Positions 40,441 to 53,182 of a DNA stretch of 64,000 nucleotides are shown here, piece by piece. Under the pieces are notes generated by a model that was given only the letters and a program-made list of their open reading frames with translations, ran no database searches and was not told where the DNA came from. The stretch comes from Octopus sinensis. Taxonomy: Eukaryota. Numbering within the stretch: the first letter of the stretch is position 1; every line of letters begins with the position of its first letter. The translations under genes and the position numbers were made by a program. The stretch spans positions 1 through 64,000 of the forward strand of contig NW_021833277.1 of NCBI RefSeq assembly GCF_006345805.1, given 5' to 3'.

Positions 40441-40625
40441 ATATGAAGCCTCCAATTACGCCAATCATTGCAAGGAGATGTAGAGACAGATACATTGCGG
40501 ATTTAATTGACCTCAGAAGATATTCGACGATGAATGATGGCTGGGTGTGATATGTTACTAAAATAGATTTTGGTAATTGTAAATTCTTTTTCCAAATATG
40601 TAATGCTTGAAATGTCGGTGACCAA
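40441..40625 (+). pseudogene. GIN/KRBA2(SCAND3)-like integrase remnant
   Basis: MKPPITPIIARRCRDRYIADLIDLRRYSTMNDGW*...FSKYVM...KSSAEE. Confidence 0.55.
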
Positions 40626-41053
40626 ATCTTCTGCTGAAGAGATTTAAATTATGTCTGGAGTATTTCAAACTACTTAAATCTTATTTCTTTGTTGAAATCC
40701 GGTTTGATTTACTATTTAAATATTTTAAAAATTAATCAATCATGTAATGTTATTATATAATAATTGACTATATAATGAATGTAACTTGGTTTATAATAGA
40801 CTAATACAAAAATATCTGATAATATTTCTCTCACAAGTAACATATTGATCAAAAAATAGTCAGCAAAAATAATAATACATTTACTTTTTTATTAGAAAAA
40901 GTGAGTAATAATCATTATTTTAATATAATCAAATTTCGAATTTTTATGAACAACTTTGTATTTACAGAAAATTATACCTTCCACTTTATCAACATCATTA
41001 CTATTTTTTACTGCTTATTATGTCAGTTTTTCCAAAACAGCATCTTTTAAACA

Positions 41054-41775
41054 ACAGAAACATTTCCAAACAAATCAACAATATGTCACAAGTAATATTA
41101 CATTTGCTTCAAACACATCTAAAATAAACATTATTACATATATGATTCTTATTTACCATCGTTTATCTATCTCAGAATTTATCCTCTTGCTCAATGGCAC
41201 GTGCTAAAAATTCATATGTCAAAAATAAAAAAATTGTCCTAATTTTTTGGTATATTGTCTACAATGATACAAAAAAAGAACACAAAAATAAGGTTTCATC
41301 TTTCCCTGTATATATTCCCTGTCCAAAAATCACCAAGTCCTCTCAAAAAATAAAAAAACAAATAAGAGCATAATAATCAAACAAATTAGACATTTTTATC
41401 ACGATTTGTTTGCCAAATAAAGATCCTGCTCATATTGACTTCCAGAATAGTCTTCTGGTCCTGAATATAGTTGAGTCGATCATCTAACTTGCAAATCTGT
41501 CTGAGTGCTTCCTTATAATTTTTGTCTAAAAATGCTTCTGCCTCATCCAACTCATATTCCATCAATATATTCGCCTGCATCCTTTATAACACATTTATAC
41601 TCCCAGCAGTAAATACACACTCGATACTGATTCTATTCGAGCCTTTGAATATTTTTAACGACAGAAACATTTCCAAATTTTATAATGATTAAACAACAAA
41701 CAAATCAACAATATGTCACAAATAATTACTTATCTATCATCGTTTATCTATATTACAGAATTTATCTTCTTGCTC
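41054..41775 (+). repeat. Diverged direct repeats (41054-41192 and 41661-41775) bracketing the prefoldin fragment
   Basis: Shared blocks in the same order: ACAGAAACATTTCCAAA, CAAATCAACAATATGTCACAA, CATCGTTTATCTAT, CAGAATTTATC(C/T)TCTTGCTC. Confidence 0.8.
41193..41651 (-). pseudogene. Partial DNA-level duplicate of the prefoldin 3 gene (last exon, intron, 3' flank)
   Basis: About 460 bp aligning by eye to 55241-55706 with scattered differences; retains the intron and lacks the 5' exons. Confidence 0.85.
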
Positions 41776-41805
41776 TCCAAAAATTCCGAAATCGGAATCG
41801 CCCTC

Positions 41806-42630
41806 TTATAGAGTCATTGACTCTTTCCACTTCTCTATGAAGTCATACGCCATTCCGTCGGCGATACTCTGATCCACAACAGCAACACACTCACCAAAAT
41901 AACAAAACAGTACACACCAATTAAAGGCAAGAACAAGAACGGAAACACAGCTTTTGTCGTCAATGACAATATCTTTTAGTGACGACTCCTCTTTGAAAGG
42001 CTGAACCACCTAACTGGATAATCTAACGAAGATGAGTACAGCCATTTTGAAATCCGCCTGCCCCTTTTTTCCAGATGTCAATTTCGTCGTGAGCAACGAC
42101 AATGCAGTCAAAGTTGACCTCTCTCCCGACAGAATCTTCAATTGTTTCCAGAAATCTGGGAAGCGCCTCTCAACTAGTCTGCAGGCCCGCTCTTACCGTG
42201 GACTTTCGATTTCACGGATTTCTCTCCTGATCTCCATCTGAAGCCGGCTAATCCAGCTCTTCATAGACGTATTTCCCATAGTCTGGACAGCCGGGCTTGA
42301 ACTTAATTTTATTTAACACCCGGCACGGAATCTTGGGATGTGACTGACCCTGCACTGAGTTCTGTTTGAAAAAACAACATCGTAACAGGCACGAGACAAC
42401 CCAATCATTTTACATGCTTTTGTCAAAATTCGTCTTCTTTTGATCCTAATCTTACTCGAACAGTCCAATCCAGCCACTCTCATCACAGCAGGAATCTACT
42501 CAATCAGACAACACAATACCATTCTATAAATTGCACAAACCACCACTCCAAAATTGAAGTAAATCAATGTGGAATGAAGCAAACCGAGACTTTCGAGCAC
42601 AACAGGCGACTGAGGATGTCCCAACATTCC
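41806..42630 (-). CDS. Hypothetical tiny-intron gene
   Basis: MLGHPQSPVVLESLG...IYRM|IPAVMRVAG..., EALPRFLETIEDSVGREVNFDCIVVAHDEIDIWKKG, ending ...KWKESMTL*; 24-28 nt GT-AG introns; family not recognised. Confidence 0.4.
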
Positions 42631-43039
42631 AAACGTTTTTTTTAAACAGACTTTATATCATTGAACCCTATAAAGCAGTTTAGCTGTTTTTGGTAATAAA
42701 AAAGTATTAGATTTTGGTTTTTCTATTTTTTCTTCAATCTTACGACACAAAAATAGTGAGTTGAGTCACATAAAAAATGTAATCCGAAACTAAACTTCAT
42801 GGACGGGAAGCCGACGCGATCGAGAAATAATTAGAGCGTATTATCGCGAGGGATATCCGCTTGAAAAACCATCTTGATTCGCGGGCGTCGCCTGTGAGAG
42901 CAGAAATGCGGAAATAAGCTTTAAGTCAATAAAAAGAAAATGCTTAGTCAAAAAGAATAAACTCTTCAGCTATTCTTTTTCCATCGAGCAGAAAAATTCT
43001 CCTGATATTAAAATTGTGTTTAATTAGACTCCGGTACCT

Positions 43040-43250
43040 GAAGATATACCAAAAAGTTATTCATGTCGCTGGATTCTTTCCACAGAATCCAGTTAAGAAG
43101 AATCGGTAACATATTTTTTCCAGGAAGAGTATCAAATGAAAGTCTTTACAAGATGTGCAGTTCGCGGCCATAAGCATTGATGTGGGGAAAAGCGGGGAAG
43201 GGCCCTTTAAACACATTCTAAAAATGGATGAAAAAACACCTTGTAATATC
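43040..43250 (+). mobile_element. RTE-type LINE remnant
   Basis: RVSNESLYKMCSSRP...HILKMDE parallels KIKNSTLYNICNSRP...HILRLD of the 46-kb copy. Confidence 0.45.
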
Positions 43251-43542
43251 TACTTCATAATAAAAGAGTTTACTGAATTCAGGGGAAGGTTTAAATATTA
43301 ATCTAATAATTTGATTGTGTCCGAATCTGATATTTTCCAAGTAAAACAGTTGTCACAAGATCGCCTAGGTCAGGGGTCAGCAAATACTTTTGATGTTTTT
43401 TAGAAATTTAGAAAAATTGAAGAGTCACTTTTTACCACTCTTACAATTCGAAATTCTGTTTTACAGTCAAATCTCCCTAATTTACCACCTCTATGATTTG
43501 CCACTCTCTTTTTTACCAAAAAATTGAAATTCTGTTTTTCTT

Positions 43543-43700
43543 ATGTTTTTTCTATTTTTACCACTTTTTTCATGTATAAATTCAAATGAATTCAATTTAT
43601 TGTTGCTAGATATAAACATAAAGTTAAACAGGAAAATATTATTGATTTTTGACAATTGTTTAAGTCATAAAATTAGTTATCACAGTAAATTTATTGGAAT
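43543..43700 (+). pseudogene. Possible pogo/Tigger DDE_1 remnant
   Basis: RKILLIFDNCLSH motif only. Confidence 0.3.
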
Positions 43701-46042
43701 ATTATTCCATGTTGTGAACGAAATTGATTCCCAAAGACATGCTGAATTGTTATTTATTCGCAGATGAGACTTCCGATTCCTTGGGTGAAAAGGCAATCAG
43801 CTTTGTTCAGGAGATCTGGTCCCGGATTTGATAAAGATAATAGAGGCTGATTCTTTTTCTATTCCCCAATACAGAATTTTATTATATGGGTTGAATTGGA
43901 ACACCACAGGGGGACTACCTATCTCCAGTTTTATTCATCATATACCTGGAGTCTACTGAAAGCTCTCAGAACTATTTCTGGAGAATTAATGCCAATTGAA
44001 TTATATGATACAGACTTTGTGTCAGAAAAAGATCTTTAACTTGTTTATGAAAAAAATTCATAACGAATTTAAGAACTGGTCCCTGCACGTTAATGAAGAA
44101 GTTCGATTTGTCTGTTAATGTGGCGAGTGAGTTGTCGTACTCACCCATAATGCAGAAACAACAACCCATCAATGTCATATTCTACTCATTATTGGCATGC
44201 TTATGCTGTACACTGACGGCACAGGTTTGGGGGGTGGAGTGCATCTTCGTGCGATGGATCTGGTCGAGAATGTGTCTCCGGCAGTCGATAGAATTAAATT
44301 AGCATTTCGGACTTGTCCTTCAAGCTTAGGCCCATGCTTGGGTTTTTTATTTGGAAAATATTAGATTAGGGTTTATTTAAATGAAATTGACGATTGAATG
44401 TTAAATAATACTGTTCACAATAAAAGCAAAATTGTCGAATTTAGGATTCACAATTATATTACAAATAAAAAATGTATTGTCTTTTTTATTTGTGTTTTTG
44501 GATCTTTCTTTGATTTTTAATATGAAAGAATTAAAAATTGATTTATTTTGAAAATCCGGGTTTTAATGTTTAATTTAAATGTATTAGTAATTCATGTCGT
44601 TGTTTTGTATTGTTAATGTATTTCAAACAATTTTTCTAATACGTGAATTTTAGGTTGCTGATTAAAATGCACTAAATATTTTAGCGCATGTTTAAACAAG
44701 GCGAGTTTAATTTATATTACTTATTATGTCATTTTTGCAATTTATATTAAGTAAAAATTTCATTACTGATCGATCGAATCGAGGTTTTCTTTTGAAATTT
44801 CTATAAAATAAAAATAAATTGTTTAACTAAATCTCCAAAGAGGCTAATCCGATATTTGTTTTTATAATCTTTTTTTTATTAAATCGTTTATTCTCGAGAA
44901 CACAAATGGTCACATCCATCCATAATTGTTCGATTTAATTCTTTTAATAGCCATTTTCTTATACACGTTTACATCCTGATTTTAACTAAGTCAAAATTAG
45001 TCAATTTAAATTTGATTAACTTTTTTGAAGTTTATTTACTGTCGGAACAAATTACTTGTTTTCTGACAAACATTTTATTTTTGATATCAAGTGAAAATTC
45101 AAATCACCGCCCACATAATTTTGGTTCTTATATTAAAATAAAAAAGCTCAAACATTATCTAGAAGAAATAGTTGATAAGATGCTAGCGCCTTATCAAAAG
45201 TAGCGTTAATGCCAGTTGTCAATGTAACACCACAGAAAGGTGGAATCTTCAATTATGATAAACAAATGAAATTCAGTCTCAAAAACCAAAAAAAGTGCAG
45301 ATCCTGCAATACAGAAAAGTATCCAGGATGTAAATAATAAAAAACCAACTTACTTTTTGACAAACTCGAGAGAGACTCACCCCCAAAACCAGAACTAATC
45401 AGGATAATCTTTATAAATACCCTTCTCTCAGACAACGAGCACCAGCTGATTGGTTAACCAGCGTCATTAAGATGAATTTTTGAGTAATAAATAAACTAAT
45501 CTTTCTGCAATTAGAAAAAACATATTCTGCCTAAATGAGTTCACAGTCTCAAAAATACCAATTTATAGTACAGAATCGAGAAAGTCCTAATAACTGTAAC
45601 TCGTTAAAAAATAAGCCAATCAAGGATGGACTACTCTGAATAACGCGTTTAAGAACAAACCAAAAATACTGATAAAATCTAATTCCGTTAATAACTACCG
45701 ACTTGTGTATCTTGTTTTTAATATTACTTAACCAATTTGATAATCAAAAGTCATTCGAAAACACTTAGTATAATTTTAATCATTACGAAGTTTTAAAATT
45801 CGGGTACATTTTCATCCAGACACGAGTTCACTCAAAACAACAAAAATCTTAAAAATAAATAAAATCGACTAGAAGCAATATGACATTAAAACTGTGAAAG
45901 TTTCTTTTTTAAGCCCGGGTTTTTATTTATGAGAACTATCAGGTCAAAAACCACAGAAAAGCAATTTTTACTTCATGGACCAACAGAGTAGGCAATCTTG
46001 GAGACTCTTGAAATAATTCAGCTTAGTGTTTGACTAATGAAA

Positions 46043-47511
46043 TTATTATTATTATTAGCACTGTCATAGGAACATAATGTAATTTAAACTAATTAAGTTC
46101 CCACATGTGCCACATATGAGACTATCTTTTCGGTCATAATTTTCCATGATGTGCGGTTGTATGCTATACTCCTGAGAGTATCTAGGTCGTCTCCATTTTT
46201 CAGTTGTCTTTTAACGCGTTGTAGTTCTTTTGAGATTACAATAGGTAATGTATTTCGTGGGCGTCCTCGGGACGCAGATCTTTCGTCCTTTGCGTAATAT
46301 GATTCCATTGCCCAGTTAGCATAAACATCCTGGTCGAGTCTTAGAATGTGGCCCAATAGGCGCCAACGTGCTTCGGTAATGTCCACACTGACGGGTCTGC
46401 TGTTGCAGATATTGTATAGGGTGGAGTTCTTGATTTTCTTTGGCCAGTTGATGCCAATAAGAATTCTTAACTGTCTTCTATGGAATGCATCAAGAGATTT
46501 TGATTCAGACTCAGATATTCCCCATGTTCCTCCGTTGTACAAAAGTATGGGTTTAATAAAAGCATTGTATAATTTGGCACGTAAGGCCGTTCCAACCTCG
46601 CGGTTTCGTAGCCAAGTGGTCCGCAGTTTGTTAAGTGCAACAGTCGATAGCATCTTTCTCCTCATAATGTCTTCACTATCTCCTAAAAGAGTTCCAACTT
46701 TTTTCGAGTTTCGCCATTTTTCGTCTGTTCTATTTGCCTCCCGGTTGATTGTTACATATTCGGTTTTTTCTATGTTCACTTTTAAGAACCATTTTTCCAG
46801 TGCCTGGGGAGCAATGTTCAGCAGTTCTTCGAGTGTCGACTTATCATGAGACAAAAAGTCTACATCGTCGGCATATATCACTTCAGTTATTGAAGTAGTC
46901 TTCACTAGTTTTCTCAGATCTCTTAGTGCCGCTTCAAGATAGACAATGAATAGTACAGGTGATATTGAATCACCTTGGGGCGTTCCAATGCTTGTTTTGA
47001 AAGATCTTGATTGTACGGGTCCGATCTTCACCGTTAACTCGGTGTCTATAAGTAGTGCTCGAACCATTCTGATCGAGTCATTGTCAAGAATAGTTTTGAG
47101 GATCTCCATTAGCTTGTCTCTGCGGATTGTATCAAATGCCCTGCTCATATCAATGCCCATATTGTGGTCGCCATTTTAAATTTCTGAGATATGGCACAGA
47201 TCCATCTATGTCCCCATACTACATCTGCAGTTGATCGCCCAGGCCTGAATCCACTTTGGCTAGCCGACAGATATTCATTAACAGGGTCCTTAATACGTTC
47301 CAGTGTTACGAGCGAGAAGATTTTCCTTATTGTGTTCAAGAGTATGATTGGGCGAATGTTGTTAAGAGGACCTTGCGGCTTGTTGGGTTTTTGGAGAGGA
47401 ATTAGCGTTCCTTTCCCAATAGGCGGTATGGTATTTCCATGGAACATCTCGTTCAGGAGATTTGTGATTATAGTTGAGATCTCCATTGGGGAGTACTTTA
47501 TCAATTCACCG
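46043..47511 (-). mobile_element. 5'-truncated RTE-type LINE with (TAA)n tail and 13-bp TSD
   Basis: TTGACTAATGAAA at 46030-46042 and 47512-47524. RT motifs NIRPIILL, QSGFRPGRS, IDMSRAFD, GTPQGDSISP, YADD. One frameshift near 47150-47160. Confidence 0.92.
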
Positions 47512-47637
47512 TTGACTAATGAAAGAAGAGATAAAAACAATTTTTTTTCTTTTTCAAAGCAAATAACTAAAATTAAATTTTTGTGAATATTTTTTAATCA
47601 AATATTTAAAATAAAATTCCCTTATTCTTGTTGTGGT

Positions 47638-48666
47638 ATGGAAAATTCAACAGAAGATTGTCTAAACAATTGTTTGGAGTCTGACCAGTCAAACAAAACC
47701 TCAGACAGCCAGACTAACCTCAAAATCACATCATTCAACTACAAATCACCCCTCAGTCGGGAAGATAGGCAATTAATAATATCACATTTTAGTACTCGAC
47801 ATATTCTTGTAGACACACAAAACGACGGTTTATTTAATAAGATAATCTTTTAGACACAAACCTGATCCAAGTATGAGGGCATTAAGCATTTCTGTAGTCC
47901 CCAAAGCCCCTCTCCAGCTCAATATTCCGGGATTTTGACCCTCTCCACATTCCTACTCCAGAAAATGGCGATCCTTTTATAGCTTCCAGCACAAACCTCA
48001 ATTCGATAGAATTTCCCGCCATTTCTGACTTCCCGGAGCAGTCTCCTGAGGTGAATGTCCCTAAAAGGACTCTGGCAGACCAGCTTTTAGCACTGTATAA
48101 ATCAACGACCCTTGAAATTATGGGTTTGGAGTTTTTTTGCCAAAAAATAGACAAATATGAGTCGGAGGTTGCGAAATGGCGAGAATCTGAGCTCAATTTG
48201 AAGAAAAACGTGGAATGTATGAAGAATGACTACACGGCACTGGAAGCCTCATTTCATAACCTCCACGACCGATTTGAGAAGGCTCGTGGTCTCCTGGTAG
48301 AGTCTGAGCAAGTTTGGGAGAGGGGTCTATTCGATAGGCTCGGTCAGAACTGGAGTCGACGAATGGCTTGTTGAACAAAGAAGTAGAAAAACTGACAGAA
48401 AAATATAATTTGTTGTTGGAGAAGGCGCAGAATAAGCTTGAGGAGTTAGGATGGGTGTATTATGGTTGTAGGGCTAATTCGGCTATTTGTGAAATGGGCA
48501 ATCAACATAGCACTGATGTGGCTGCTGTCGAGGAAAATTATCGCAAGATTGAGATGAAGAATGCCTATTTGGTGAGTTGTCTCAATGCCAAGGTTTTCTG
48601 ATTTTCAAATCTCAGGAAGCCGAGTTGGCCCAAATAAAGACAATTTTTAACCAATATATGACCTAA
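47638..48666 (+). CDS. TACC: TACC-domain protein
   Basis: C-terminal exons NDYTALEASFHNLHDRFEKAR, EKYNLLLEKAQNKLEE|ANSAI..., LNAK|EAELAQIKTIF match the TACC coiled coil. Includes a 17-nt micro-exon (47854-47870). Confidence 0.8.
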
Positions 48667-48684
48667 GTTCATTCTGTTTTAAAT

Positions 48685-49620
48685 GCTTTTCTATAATTCG
48701 TTCATGTATCTTTAATGGAGAGTGGATAGCTTTTAAATACCCAAAGATTTAGTAAAGAGTCGCGGATTTGATAATGAAATTACACAAAGAACAAAAAACT
48801 ATATCAGAAGAGGGTTAGAACAAGTTTAATATTAGTAAAATTAAAAAATGTAATTATTCGGTGTCGATCATGAATTTATCATTAATGTTAATTAATTATC
48901 ATATTTAACGGCTGTTTAAAATGATTGAATATCTGAAATAAATTTTTCATTATGAATGATAAAAAGAGAATAATTATTAATCTAACTAATTTTTTTGATT
49001 TTTGCTTTGATAAAATAGTTTGACTTGAATAAGACACAATTTCAATGGATAACTCTCAAATGCGTATTTAGTTGACTAAAAACACAATTTCATTTCAGTA
49101 TCTTGCTACTAATGGGAGAGTGGATAGTTTTTAAATGCCCATTCAGTTCACTTGAATGAGACAAAATTTGTCTATTTTGTTGACCAAAATGATACACAAT
49201 TTCATTCAACTATCTTACTACTAATGGAAGAGGATAGCTCTCAATAAATGCCCATTTAGTTGACTAGAATAGCACACAAGTTGCCTATTTAGTTGACTTG
49301 AATGAGACACGATTTCATTTAAGTATTTTACTACTAATGGGAGAGGAGAGCTCTCAATAAATGCTTATATAGCTGACTTGATTGAGACACAATTTTATTC
49401 AACTATCTTGCTTTTCTATAATTCGTTATTCGTTCATGTATCTTTAATGGAGAGTGGATAGCTCTCAATAAATGCCTATTCAGTTCACGTGAATGAGACA
49501 AAATTTTGTCTATTCAGTTCACTTCGGACTCTCCTTCCTACTCTCGATTAGTCACAACTAATGGGAGAGGATATCTCTTATGCCTATTTAATTGACTAGA
49601 ATGAGACACAATTTGTTTAT
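48685..49620 (+). repeat. Degenerate modular tandem array between convergent TACC and WDR33 3' ends
   Basis: About 6-7 copies of (CTA)CTAATGG(G)AGAG(T)GGATAGCTCTCAATAAATGCC interleaved with TTAGTTGACTTGAATGAGACACAATT modules. Confidence 0.85.
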
Positions 49621-49642
49621 TTTGTTACCGAATATACAAAAA

Positions 49643-51283
49643 CTAATAAGGACGGTCATTGAACTCTCCCAGGTTGCTTTGATGACTGTCATCTACAACA
49701 TTATAAACAATCCAAACAATAATCCCCACGAAACTGGCCATAGTTCATTCCATCTATCATATAAACACAAATAAATACACGAAGGACCAGAAAAGCGAGA
49801 ACCAGATGGCCGACTGTAAACAGGAACCGGCCTCCGAGGAACCTCGAGTGGCTCAGTCCCCTCCAAACCAGGTATTTTCCCCACATATTTACAATTTTGC
49901 ATATCACTGAGAATAGTCAGCACATCTGACTCTCCTTCCTCCTCTCGATTAGTCCCTCCATTGGCCACAAACTCAAGCTGAGATTGATCCCCAGGCTGAT
50001 AACGCGTCCAGAACTTAATAGAATGGTCATTCGACCCAGAAACAAGCAAATGGCCAAGAGGATGCCACGACAGTGACCACACAGTACTGTCATGGGCGTC
50101 CTGCACCACCCCAATCTCCTTCTCAGTCCCCACCGACCAGTAGAAAATAGACCCATCATTCCCCCCACTCGCAAATACATCCCCATAAAGCGGATGCCAC
50201 TCCAATACTACAACTCCCCCAATAAGGGTACCACTCACTTCCTTCTTGTGCCCCACAAATGACTGAATTGGCACACTCAGCTTCCTCGTATCAAATAATT
50301 TGATCGTCCTGTCCTCCGATCCCGACAGTAGTCGATTCCCGTCCACACTCCACCGGACATGAGTCACCCCTGCCTTATGCACGTGACTAAACCCTCCTAT
50401 ATATATTTCTACAGTGTCCTCAGACTAGTCTCAGTCCGGGGGTCCCAAAACTTGATTGGACGTTGGGAATCCCTACTTCCGGAGACGAGGAGCCCCATTT
50501 GAGGGTGCCAATCCACGGAGGACACATCCGCTCCGTGTTCTACACTCCCCATACCACGGAATACCACGGAATATCCTCTCTTCTCGACAGGATATGAAAT
50601 CCCAGACCCTCACTGTCCCATCGTTGGAGGAGGAGGCGAATTTGACGTCGTTGGGGGAGAAGGACAGTGATCTGACTGACTCCTTGTGGGCCTGGAACAT
50701 TTTTACGTTGTTCATGTTGGGCTGCCAGTATTTAAGGAAGCCCAGACTGTCCCCCGAGACCAGCCAGTTGTCGTTGTGACTCCACGCCATTGCCTGAATT
50801 GCCTCATCGTGGGCCTACTGCTTTAAAATATCACCAACTTGCAAAATTGTCTCGAAATTGAAAACCAGGCCATTCCAGAGGGTGAATTCTCCACTGGCCG
50901 AGCCTGTGGTCAATCTCCGGCCATCGGGAGTCCACTAGTCATATTTAGCCCACTGACCATGACAGTGTAGATTGGACACCTCTTCTTGTTGGTGGCTTGT
51001 TTGACAAATCGAGTGCACGTGACTGAGACTGCACTGGATAGAGAAGGGCAGGGCTTTCTTGTCTGGTTGTTTTATTTGTTTTTATTACTTGGAAGGCGTA
51101 TAATTCGTTTGGTTGAATGCACTGCTTTCTTCGGCCTGGGAATTTTGAGATGTGTCTGTTTTGTACATAGTAGAGGGCAGAGGAGTTATAGTCGATTGTT
51201 TTACGGTATAATGACTTTCTTAAACGTTTTCCGTCGAAGGTCAGTTTTACGTTTGGCCGGGAAATGGAATCTTCTGTTATCAT
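49643..51283 (-). CDS. WDR33: mRNA 3'-end processing factor WDR33/Pfs2
   Basis: [78 protein letters not shown]. Confidence 0.95.
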
Positions 51284-51499
51284 TTTTTTGTTGTACCACT
51301 ACGATTAATAAAATTGTTTTATTTATTTTTAATATATTTTATTATTTGTTGTAATATAATATTTACTTTTTACTAATACTTATAAAATTAAATTAACACT
51401 TTATTAAAATTTAAAATAAACAATTTTTCTTTATTTTAATGTAGTTATTTTTTACAATAAATAATATAAAGTTAAAAAATTTATATAAAAATTAAACAA

Positions 51500-52870
51500 C
51501 TAAAATAAAATAAATATATCAATATTCATCAGATGATTCTTGTGGTGCCATCTATTATAGTCACAAAACAAGCTCACTCGAATACAACTGGGACGACCCT
51601 GAGACCTGATATACAAACTATCAACATGTGATGACTGTCCCCACCCAGTCCCATCAACATCTCTGTGTCCTGCATGATACACAGTCCCCGGAACAATCCT
51701 CCCAACTTCAACAAAGTCAACAGACTTGACTGACTTAACCATTCTCACAAGCTTGGAGGGAAAATTCCCGACTTGCAAAGTTCTGAGATTCTGCCCCCTC
51801 CACTCATAGTCATCCCTCCAATCAATCACAGCAATACAGTCACGTGCTGTCACCTTCAGCCCCCTCTCCCACCTGTCCTTTGCCTCAACCACTGGAATAC
51901 ACATCTACACTCAATATACCACTCATTACATCATTTAGTTGTAGAATTAATGATATAAATGAAGGTCTCTTCCTTGAGACCCAAATCCGCTTAAGGATGC
52001 CTTCTAAGGGGAAAGGACAGGTGTCGTTCTTAGGGAGTGTCTTCTCTTTGTGTGCCACCAACAATTCTTGGGGACTGAAGCCTTCCCAGGGGGGTGTTTT
52101 ATGTGCAAATATTTCCCAAACAGTCACTCCAAATGACCACACGTCACCATCTTTGGTTATTCTAGAACATTCTAGAAGTTCTGGGGCTCGCCAGGCTGGG
52201 TTGTTGAGAGAGAAGTCACATGGGAGGTAATAATCGGTTATTTTGACCACATTTACTGGAGAAAGAAGGACTTGGCTGGCAGAGAGAGAGCCATGGATAA
52301 TATTATTGATATGTAGAAAGGCCATTCCACTGGCTATTTGTCTTGAAAAGTGTAGGAGTCTGTTTATTGGGGGGAGAATAGGCTGATCATTCAGAAATTC
52401 TCTAAGGGTCCCCCCTTGGATAAATGTGGTGATTATGAGGAGTGGGGATTCGACTGTTAGGCCTATTAACTGGACTAAATTGGCATGTTCCAGACTAATG
52501 AACATATTTCTGTCCAGTTTTGAGGGTTTTGTGTCAATAGATTTGACTGCCACTCTCATTCCGGCCATAAATCCTTCATGGACAGTCGTGCTCTGTCCAC
52601 TGCCGATGAGGCGTGTGTATGTTATGTCCTCATGTGGCACACAAATGACGGAATCAGCAGATGTGGATTGGTTTATTGCTTTTATTAATATTCGTGCAGA
52701 ATTCTTGTTTATTCCCACTGATTTGATGAGTTTAATACTCAGTTGAGAATGTCTATTGGTATAAGAGGGTGGGTGTACTCGGAGATTTTACTTTTGAGAG
52801 GATAGTAGTGGTGGAGGAGGCCTAATTTGGCCATTGTGTATTTTAGAGTAGATTTGTCAACTGATGACAT
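51500..52870 (-). CDS. ACK/TNK-family kinase-like protein (SAM, kinase, SH3, CRIB-like), predicted pseudokinase
   Basis: SAM-like N-terminus after removing a 25-nt intron; tyrosine-kinase fold with HGS for HRD and DYY for DFG; SH3 EWRGQNLRTLQVGNFP and CRIB-like PGTVYHAGH follow the kinase, as in ACK. Confidence 0.75.
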
Positions 52871-53182
52871 CAAGGCACTGATTAGATACCACAAAATAGT
52901 GTATTTTTTTCGGATTAAGTTTTATTTTATTCTAAATATTGAACAATTTTTTAATTTATTTTTATTTTTAAATAATTTGTTTTTTTGTGATTACACTTTG
53001 TAAATAAATTATAATTTATAACTCACGTGCTGGCTATTTTCATTAAGTCACAGGAAAAACCATTTTTTAATCTACAGTTGAAACTTTCTTAATTTTATTC
53101 TGAGAATATTTTTTAGTTTATAAAAAAAATATTTATGATGTTTATGAAAACCCAGAAAATTGATATTAGTATATTTTAATGG

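Noticed and set aside
43790-44330. Snurportin or capping-enzyme-like gene (EYDIDGLLFLH)
   Set aside because: A single short motif; I could not assemble a consistent spliced frame.
48685-49620. CRISPR array or hammerhead-ribozyme satellite
   Set aside because: Eukaryotic context, no unique spacers of constant length, no cas genes, and no CUGAnGA/GAAA hammerhead core found in the units.
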